Assembly (NCBI GenBank): GCA_951406725.2
Contig: OX597822.1
Coordinates: 108,128,001 to 108,192,000, forward strand
Source of the DNA: Octopus vulgaris
Taxonomy: Eukaryota
Reading direction: 5' to 3'
Length of the DNA: 64,000 nucleotides
Shown: in pieces, positions 54,835-64,000 of the stretch
Numbering within the stretch: the stretch's first letter is position 1
Layout of the letters: each line of letters starts with the position of its first letter
Notes under the pieces: model-generated
Database searches by the model: none
Told to the model about the DNA's origin: nothing
The model's input: only the letters and a program-made list of their open reading frames with translations
Position numbers and translations under genes: made by a program

Positions 54835-55182
54835 TGTTAGAAAATAGTGATTGTGTGTTGCACCTTTCTCTTGTGAATTAGAGACTAGGCTATAGATTGT
54901 TCAGGAGGGGGCTGAATTCTTCCTCATTTTGTAGGGATTTGGTCCAAATTAGAAAATATAAAAAACATCGAGGAATTGTTTTCTATGCGTCCTCTATATG
55001 TCTTCTAAATGTCACACCGTAGTTTACTTCAATTTATTTTATATAGGTTTTGTTCCAATTATCGCAATACTGAATTCGCGAAAATTGGAGCAAATCACGT
55101 ACCCATTGCTCTGCCTCGAATTTGGAGATAGTTTTTTCCGTTGAAAAGAATATATATACACACACAAGCACAAACACATACA

Positions 55183-55231
<49 letters not shown>

Positions 55232-55751
55232 TATATGCATTTATGGCAATTTAGATTCTATTTCTACCTAGTTAAGAATCGTTTAATTTGTAGGTATATA
55301 TCTGTTTCGTTTGTGGATTTGCTGTCGGTCTCTCCTTGTGGAGACAATTTAAGATCAAAGGCATGACCACCGTGAATATCCTGGCACTCTTCCAGGAATA
55401 CTGTATGTTGAATGAGAATCGCATCATCAAATACCATTTTAATAGTATACACGTCATAGGTACACTTATACTGATACACAAACATGCGCCCTTAGACATC
55501 TCTATACGTATGTATATAAATGCATGTGATAGAATAGAGGAGATAAGTAGAGGTATAGATAGACAGATAAAGAAAGACTTAGACAGAGAGCGAGAGAGAG
55601 AGAAATACATAGATTCTGTGAAAGAAGCGTAAAATACAGACTAGCAATAGTGTGTTAGTAGCGGGTAAGGAAGAGGAAGAATCAAATAGAATATTGATGT
55701 CAGATGTACTTTTGTTGCTCGATATTGTTTCAGTGAAAAACGTCGTATATG

Positions 55752-55827
<76 letters not shown>

Positions 55828-55867
55828 GGAGAGTTTACGAAAAAAACAAAAGACGAAGACAGGTGGT

Positions 55868-55995
55868 GTCAGTCATTTGATTGTGGCCATGCTGGAGCAA
55901 CGCCTTTAGTCGAGCAAATCGACCCCAGGACTTATTCTTTGTAAGCCTAGTACTTATTCTATCGGTCTCTTTTGCCGAACAGCTAAGTTTGGGGG
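55868..55995 (-). mobile_element. SINE family A 3' fragment
   Basis: cagtcatttgattgtggccatgctggagc...ttttgccgaacagctaag. Confidence 0.8.
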
Positions 55996-56054
55996 ACCAA
56001 GACAGACGCACAATCTTATGCACACATTTGAATATATACACACACACACACACA

Positions 56055-56098
<44 letters not shown>

Positions 56099-56175
56099 TT
56101 ATATATATACTAATACAACTGTTTGTTTGTATTCCACCTGCCTTCGTCTTTTGTCTATTTTCATAAAGCTACCCG

Positions 56176-56235
<60 letters not shown>

Positions 56236-56258
56236 ATAATATGTTACAGTAATCAATA

Positions 56259-56329
56259 GTCAAGATAAAACTCTGAGTTTCAGATGCCGAAGTGGAAATC
56301 CACAACACCATCTCTTCGGTTATCTGGAC
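56259..56329 (-). ncRNA. Type I hammerhead motif (U4>C), family of 7242
   Basis: gtccagataa CCGAAGA gatg..gtgga tt tccac..catct GAAA ctcagag TT ttatcttgac. Confidence 0.6.
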
Positions 56330-56377
56330 ACATAATATTGAGGTCTCTTTCTTCCTTTTGTTATCTTACCGTTTTTA

Positions 56378-56435
<58 letters not shown>

Positions 56436-56439
<4 letters not shown>

Positions 56440-56965
56440 AAAATATAAGGAATGGCCATAATAGGATATTCGACTCAATAGAAAGAGCAGCCAAACTCAA
56501 ACCGCTAATAGTTGCAATTCTGAAATTGAAAGAGAAATAAAAACGTTTACCCCTTCATCTCTGGACGATGCATAGTTTCGGCAAACCTTAGTAAACAAAT
56601 TAATTAAATTAAATTAAATGTATTTACAACTGGCGTGCCTCGTCAGCAGAGAAGCCAAGGACGAACATATATCCACGAAGCGATGGTAAGGAAGCCTCAA
56701 GTCTATATGCTATAAATTTTCAAAATCTACCGCAATCGCGCGGTCTTCTTAGCAGCAAACACAAACTGCTGATTCAACTTCAAAAGTAGCCAAAAAATCA
56801 TCAACTAACAAATACAAGGGTGGCAAAAAATTCTTGGTCCAGAGATGAAGGGGTAAAAGTTTTTATTTCTCTTTCAATTACAGAATTGCAACTATTAGCG
56901 GTTTGAGTTTGGTTGCTCTTTCTAGTGAGTCGAATGTCCTTTTATGGCCATTCCTTATATTTGTG
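56436..56965 (-). mobile_element. PLE/retrozyme-like element with about 130-bp inverted repeat starting at the HHR cleavage triplet
   Basis: Arms at 56436-56566 and 56837-56965; 3' end abuts (TA)n. Confidence 0.85.
56558..56652 (-). ncRNA. Canonical type I hammerhead ribozyme (predicted cut between 56564 and 56563)
   Basis: tctctg CTGACGA ggca..gtaaata..tgtttac..tgcc GAAA ctatgcatcg TC cagaga. Confidence 0.9.
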
Positions 56966-57064
56966 AATGTATATTATGTAGTCTTTGACTATCTTTTCTT
57001 TCTCACTGGACCGGTGGTGGCGGAGAATGTTTTCTAGAATTTTTTGTTATCCTTGTACTTGTTA

Positions 57065-57127
<63 letters not shown>

Positions 57128-57404
57128 CATATATACATACATACAGACATACATATGTACACATATAGGACTGCATAGGTGAGTGTGCAAATATATTTGC
57201 CTGTCTATTTATACATCTATCTGTACAAAAATGTACACTTCCAAACATATATATATATATATGTATATGTATGTACGTTTCCAAGGTGCGACGGGTTGCT
57301 ATTTTATATTTTTAATTTCGATAATGCGCTTTGTTTGATTTTATTTGGTCGACTACACAGTATAGTAGGGTCAGTTTGGCACCGTGTGTGAGAAAAACAA
57401 CACG

Positions 57405-57793
57405 ATGGCGCAATTCACTTTACCAGACGTTTCGAATTGACGTGCTATAATGCTTGGCATTGGTGCCAGAACCTCGAATACGAACATTTCAGAGTGATTG
57501 TGTGCCAATCTGAGAACAGTGCATAGGATTGCATAGGATTCAGAAAGGGTTGAACGAGTCTAATGGTGATAACGAAGGTACGTCAGCTCGAAAAACTCAC
57601 TCTGATCGTTCTGATAAGAAAAGAATACCTGAAGTTGATGGTGAGATCCAGACCGTGTTTGAAAACGAATCTTCCACGTCAATTAGTTACATTACCAGGT
57701 ATGTGTGAATGTCTGAGTTACTTATAAGGCAGGTTGTGCATAAAAACATTCGGTATTCCTCACTCCAGATGGGAATGGACCAATTTTTATCCC
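57405..57793 (+). pseudogene. Tc1/mariner-like transposase N-terminal (HTH) remnant
   Basis: MAQFTL..NISE*LCANLRTVHRI..RKTHSDRSDKKRIPE..SISYITR..MSELLIRQVVHKNIRYSS, with stops and a frameshift. Confidence 0.6.
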
Positions 57794-57855
57794 AATCCAT
57801 TAGGGACAAGTGGAAAACTACCTAGCGTGTGGCATTTATGTATAGTAATTTCCTC

Positions 57856-57995
<140 letters not shown>

Positions 57996-58380
57996 TAATA
58001 CATAGATATAGATATATACATTGCATACATACATACGTGGGCTCGCAATCGTAGAATCGCGGTTTCGATTCCTAGACCAGCGAAAACACCTATAGCTCCA
58101 CAAGACTCAGGCTTAACCCAACGGAAAAAGAGCAGTAATATATTCTTCTATCAGTTCGCACAGCGGAGACTAGGGATCTTTAAAATCTTGTAGAAATGAT
58201 GAATTGGATGCCGAAACTACTGATCTCAATCTCAAGAAACTCATAACGATGTGTGTATGACATACTGTTATACTTAAATAAATACTCCTCCAATAGGTTC
58301 ATGATTTCGATTCCTCGCCCGTGTGTGCATATGCTTGTGTGTGATTGTGTCACTACACACGATACAGCGTAACACATGTA

Positions 58381-58418
<38 letters not shown>

Positions 58419-58429
58419 CGCATATTTAT

Positions 58430-58780
58430 ATATATATAAAACTGAGAACGTGTGTCTGTCTGTCTGTTTCCCTAAAACGTGAGTACTACTCAACCAATTT
58501 CATTCAAATTTTACACATGCCTTACTTAGAGTCCGAGGAGTGTCATCGGCAAAAAATTGTTTTAACATTTTGCCTGGGGCGATTCTTCTCCACTATGATT
58601 CTTCTCCACTACGATTCCCTAAAACTTGAGAACTACACAACCAATTCCAATCAAATTTTATACATGCCTCACTTAGGGCCCATGCAGTATCATGGGCAAA
58701 AAAGTTCAACTTCTTGCCTAGAGCGAGCCCATAGCGATATCATATCTACACCACTATTTCAGTATTACATGTTGAATGCG
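58430..58780 (+). mobile_element. Helitron-like non-autonomous element, 5' part with internal duplication
   Basis: Matches the reverse complement of 15690-15900; ccctaaaac.tgag.actac.caaccaatt occurs at about 58470 and 58617. Confidence 0.6.
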
Positions 58781-58815
58781 CACCAAATATATATATATAT
58801 ATATATATATATCTG

Positions 58816-59148
58816 GGACCCCCTTCGGTCACGACACTGACCATGGGATTGCACCTAGAAAGTTACACTCCTAGTCACAAGTCTGGGCATGGTTGTTTAT
58901 GGAAGACCAGCAGTTGCCCATCCATACCGGCTACCCTCTCCACGCCACCAGTGTTATCCAAGGGAAAGGCAAAGGCCGATACAGCTTGGCACTCGTGACG
59001 TCGCAACTCATTTCTACAGCTGAGTGAACTGGAGCAACGTGAAATAAAGTGTCTTGCTCAAGAACACAACACGCAGCCTGGTCCGGGATTCGAGCTCACA
59101 ACGTCACGATCGTAAGCTCGACGCTCTAACCACTGAGCCATGCGCCTT
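58816..59148 (-). mobile_element. tRNA-derived SINE (family B-like)
   Basis: Minus head gaaggcgcatggctcagtggttagagcgtcgagcttacgatcgtg...ctcgaatcccgg. Confidence 0.88.
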
Positions 59149-59250
<102 letters not shown>

Positions 59251-59279
59251 GTATATATATATATATTTGGTATATCTGT

Positions 59280-59520
59280 AAATATAATATGTGACAATTA
59301 TTTGGTAGCCAAACTCTGAGTTTCGGTTGCCGATGTGAAAATCCACGCCACCATCTCTTCAGTTATTCGCCCATCGGAAAAACGCTATGAAAAATGACCC
59401 TTTATACAAAGGGAAATGACTGTGTTATTTATCGCTATTTATACAAAAGCGCTATTTGAATGACCGCTAATTAAGGTAAAGCGTAAGTGCGCCTATTCAT
59501 ACGTATACATGTGCGTTTGC
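59280..59520 (-). mobile_element. HHR-bearing short repeat (family of 7085-7340); HHR 59311-59368 with stem I 3' arm deleted
   Basis: gaataa CTGAAGA gatg..caacc GAAA ctcagag TT tggc; ends in (TA)n. Confidence 0.7.
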
Positions 59521-59642
59521 ACACCACGTGCGTACGCATACATCACAAGAAAAACGTACACATCTTCACTCGTTCTTTCGCCAAATGAATATGCAAAACC
59601 ATGTATGTATATACATGTATCTCTCTCTCTCTCTCTCTCTCT

Positions 59643-59677
<35 letters not shown>

Positions 59678-60739
59678 ACTATGTATGTGGATATATTAGA
59701 ATCTTACCACCATCTGAGAAATTTGTAACTTAAATCTCCATTGTCCCAAATTTCCTCTTGATAATGTGAAACTACAAACTATTTCATCCATAAATTATAC
59801 AGTTCACTACTTCCGAGATCCATTAAGTTGATATTTCTTTTGCTATCCTTTTTGAAACGCTAAGTTTTTTTTCCTTTTGATTATTTTATATATTTGTTTT
59901 TAAACAGAATTTTAGATTTCAATTAGCTCATTAATTTTATGCCAAAATCATTGCAATTTTATCACCACGATCCTCTAATGATTTATTTTAAAAATCATAA
60001 GAGAATAACAACTGTTTTAATACTTTGCATATTAGTACATTACTCCACGTTTGACACTTATAATATTTATTTTCTTTATGTCTAATACTTCTTCTATTGT
60101 TGATACACTCTATGTTAATAACATATTATTTGAGGTCTGAATAAGAAAGCTGAAAGGAAGCTGATATTTGTATGGGCTACATGAAAGCCTGCGATAATTT
60201 TCTACATTTGTGGATCTTAAAGCAGCTGAGGGTTTGCGAGTTCAGTAAGAAGATATCTTGTTTTTGAAAGAAACGAAATTGTGGTATGTAGAACTATCAT
60301 GCAGAAATAGTGGTTTGAAAATGGGTAGGGATATATTGCAGGGTGTCTTGCTCCGTATATTACTCTTCATAATTGCGTCAATCTCACTTGTAATCATATC
60401 GTAATAGTACGGACGTTTTTTTATGATTTTTCGTCAAATTTTATACAGAAATTGAAAAGAAACTTAAATTCGCAAATCGAAAATATAAGAATACTTAGTG
60501 TAGATATTGGGATTCAGGTTTTGTATCTGATGTTAATTGTGAAGATAATCGTAAATATGAATTCAGATGCTGTATAATTACCACAACATGATGTCATTAT
60601 ATCAAATTTAATTAGCGATTAGTGCACCTCCGAATTCTGCAAGACTATAAGGTAATGGAAGGCAAAATGGAAGAGAAAATGTACCAGAAAATACAAAAAA
60701 AGCTATTAGGTGCACAAAACAAAATTAGTTGGAAAAAGT

Positions 60740-60900
60740 ATTCTTTTCCACTCTAGGCACAACAACGTCCGAAAGTTTGGGGAGGGGATCAGTCGATTAG
60801 ATCGACCCCAGTACGCAACTAGTACTTAAGTTATCGACTCCGAAAGGATGAATGGCAAAGTTGACCTCGGTGGCATTTGAATTCAGAACGTAAAGGCAGG
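60740..60900 (-). mobile_element. SINE family C fragment
   Basis: atcgaccccagtacgcaactagtact...ggcaaagttgacctcggtggcatttgaattcagaacg. Confidence 0.8.
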
Positions 60901-60914
60901 ATTTTATGAGATTA

Positions 60915-61377
60915 CAGGATTTTATGAGATTTCTTCATAAACACTAACCAAACAATTTAAGCAAGACCAGATATAGATGTCGACCCCCCACCAAAAAAAA
61001 AAACTCAAGATCTTAGGTTTCCCTGTACCATATGATAATAGAGAGATCCTAACGAAATTTAGAATTTTGTAAAATATTAGCAGCTATCCAGAAAGATTGG
61101 GAGAGTGGAATTTTACGATGATAATTATGCCTATGGTAATTTGTGCATTTACCACAGCATTGAAACTACTACCTGAGAAGCTCAGGTATTGGAATTGGAA
61201 GATATTGGAATTGAAACTCGCATTGTCGATCTTCAGAACTGTGCAACCCTGTATTCGGTGAGAATCCTAAGAAACATTGCTGTGTCTTGAGTTGACTTTT
61301 CGACACCAAACCTCAGGACATCATTTCTGCTGATATAGCATATGCTATACTTAAATAATAATGATAACAACAACAAC

Positions 61378-61432
<55 letters not shown>

Positions 61433-61500
61433 TGATAATAATAATATTAATGATTATAATAATAATAATAATGATGATAATAATAATAATAATATGATGA
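60915..61500 (+). mobile_element. R4/Dong-like non-LTR 3' remnant followed by (AAT)n
   Basis: ARPDI, FPVPYDNR, IMPMVICAF, IGIETRIVDLQ..LYSVRILRN; (AAT)n at 61350-61495. Confidence 0.7.
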
Positions 61501-62499
61501 TGACGAAATATCGATTAGTATTAAACCATACTTTATAAACATATTCTATTAATAATATTATTACTGTAGAACAACAAAACATGAGATAATACGCAATAAA
61601 TGACAGTACATTTTAATCATTTAGGTTTAATGGAAGGATACCGTAGAGATTATTCTTGACAGCTGATTAAGTAGGCTAATGGCCAGAATGAAACAATACC
61701 AATTAATCACAGGTCTATATTGGTGGAGTTTCGTCTCCATATATGATTAACTCTATATGGTTTATAAATTGATATGCGTTTGTATACTCTAAAATGTTTG
61801 CTCCGGATTTTTTTTCCTGTCAGTTTTCTTGCTGGACCTCTCTCTCTCTCTTTCTCACTTTCTCTCTCCCCACTCTCTCTTAATACGTCTCTCTCTCTCT
61901 CTATATCTCGGGAACCGTTTTTCTATGATCAATTATTTAGATGATAAAAAAAGTGACATGTTGGTGATGTGATCGATCAGATAGTCTGACTTTTGGTATT
62001 ATTTTTTCTATTTAGATATTTTCCTAATTTACGTGTTGTGTTCTGTTTATCTTCACAACATTTAAGTAAAAGTGAAAATACTTTAAATTAATAAGATGTA
62101 GCCTGCTAAGGAATGTAATCTCTAGAGACCGCGGAGAGATAAGGTAAATAAATACGATTTCCCTTTCACTACTGACATATGAATAACACCATAGTATAAT
62201 GATTCGGTTGCTGTGATATATCACTTTTAACAAATATATTATTTTTCTCGTCTAGCTTCACTTTATCAGGTGAAAACTTTACGGTTCTCTAAGAACATAC
62301 TTACACTATTTTGTACAGAATATAAAACGTATTATAATTATTGATTTCTTGACAGTTTTCACGAAATCTCTTCCATTTAATTATATTTTCGGGGAGTTGT
62401 TAGGGCTAATAATCTTTTAACAAAATCTCACAGAAAGTTATTGTCTCACTATAATGAATCAGTTATTATAATGCTGAGGCATGGGTACAATTTCTTATA

Positions 62500-63100
62500 T
62501 TTGAACAGCCTCTTAAAAGATTAGCAAAGAGACACTACACTGACGTTACATATATTTTCGCTAGTTTAGATTTTTGTATTTTACACACAAGGGAGATTAT
62601 ATTTGTTATCACTTAGTCTGATGAAATTACAGAAAGGCTCTGGAGTCAATAAAATCGGCTGTACATTTCTGTTATAAACCCGTGATAAATTTTTAAATTT
62701 TTAACACAAATCTCCAATTATATATTCTTCAGAAAATACTAGCATTGTTAAGATATCAGACCTTTTCTGCTTCATGTGTAAGATTTTAGTTGATGTAAAA
62801 TAAAAGCTCTCCGTATAGCGAAGGCAAAGGTGGTAGTGTAAATTCAAAAGTTTTTGAGAATTGCATAAGCTTCTTCGGAGAAATATATTCTTCGGAATCA
62901 ATATTTGATCTAAGGTTACAATTTCCTTCTCATCTGGATTTGTTAAGGACATTTGCTACTAAAAGGTCAAATAATGGATAAAGCTGTAGCCTGTATAATA
63001 TAGTAGCGTGATAGCTGCTGAAACGTGAAAGATATTTATGAACTTATGAAATGTTGAGTACTCGTCACATTTGTATTTCATATGAGTGAAAGGTAGAAAA
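62500..63100 (-). pseudogene. Possible piggyBac-like transposase remnant
   Basis: LYPLFDLLVAN..EIVTLDQILIP (like VTIDEQLIP) and ESFYFTSTKIL (like DNFFTS). Confidence 0.45.
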
Positions 63101-63189
63101 CATCTGTTTTCAGTTACTTGTGATTCTGACAACATACTGCCAACGAGGATGCTTCTTCGCGACTGTTGACTTATTCCCTCTCACTCTCT

Positions 63190-63275
63190 AACACACACAC
63201 ACGCACACACACACACACGCACACACACACACACACGCACACACACACACACACGCACACACACACACGCACACA
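63190..63275. repeat. (CA)n microsatellite with CG interruptions
   Basis: Seen directly. Confidence 0.97.
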
Positions 63276-64000
63276 CTGACATGACTTTCTACTGGTTGCA
63301 AAGTTTTCAAAATGCATCATACGAACATAAATTGTCTTGCGTGTCTTTTTGGCGGAATCTCAGAGTAAAGACGCGTGAAATACATCTGTATCTAATGCTG
63401 ATTGTTTTTCTTAAGCAACAATGACAAAAGCAGAATTAACATCAGCAGCATTAACAGCAGCAACAGGAACAATAAAAGTAATAACAACCGCTTCTTACGG
63501 TTCTCTCATATACCAAATAGATTTCAACAAAAATATTGCCCTTATTAGTCAACTATGTATGGTAAAGGAGGAGAAGGTAATTAGAGGGGTAGAAATCCGG
63601 TACTCATATACGGCTTATGATGCTTATTCGCCACCGTTGACTCTCTCTCTGTCACGCACTAACTCACACATCGGGTGCTGGAATCAAACATTAACCTTGT
63701 GATATTGAGCACAGTACCGTGAGCCTAGAATCTTCATCATAAGAACGTTATTTATCAAAATACTAAATTTCGGTAAAAAAAAAAAATGCTATGGATAGAA
63801 TCCCATTATGTAGATTTAGATGTATGGTTACATCTATTAACAAATAAGTTATTTAAATGAACAATAACACAGTGTAACAATATTTTTCTCTCTTTGGTCA
63901 GTAAGTGTTATTTTCTGTCTACTTCTATCTAGAAATCAAAGGTATATAAGATCAATTACATTTATTAATTTATATTTGTATTCATACGTTACATCATCAT

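Larger units (their letters stand above)
53200..55040 (-). pseudogene. Decayed Penelope-like element ORF (RT, linker, GIY-YIG) interrupted by two SINEs
   Basis: FLD..LIWTK..LLNNL..FT, ITDIYYK..DTHQYLHFKSCH..NIPY, PFLVTHN, KCNYNKCGTCPY, CQSRNLI..YGEIG..RLQVH..QIPLSEH..FKPVLN. Confidence 0.8.

Noticed and set aside
55292-55436. Minus-strand ggtat TTGATGA..GAAA cagata TA tacc
   Set aside because: Core, stem II closure and stem III are all imperfect; possibly a very old HHR but not supportable.

Overview
AT-rich, repeat-dense eukaryotic intergenic or intronic DNA. The SINE families, the very abundant (TA)n/(CA)n microsatellites and the LINE content look like a cephalopod (octopus) genome, which is an inference. 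I found no convincing host protein-coding exon; nearly all ORFs in the track are microsatellite or repeat translations. Recognisable elements are a decayed Gypsy LTR retrotransposon lacking its integrase core and nested in an older inverted-repeat element, CR1-like, RTE-like and R4/Dong-like LINE remnants, Penelope-like element (PLE) RT and GIY-YIG remnants, Tc1/mariner- and piggyBac-like remnants, Helitron-like elements, many tRNA-derived SINEs and a U6 retrocopy fused to a SINE. The strongest signal is about 14 type I hammerhead-ribozyme (HHR) motifs in about 9 apparently unrelated short non-coding repeat families, almost all ending in (TA)n. They include a tandem pair of canonical HHRs 535 nt apart (retrozyme-like) and three elements with the layout [5' inverted segment][monomer carrying an HHR]. 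Ribozyme folds were assigned by eye; activity is untested.
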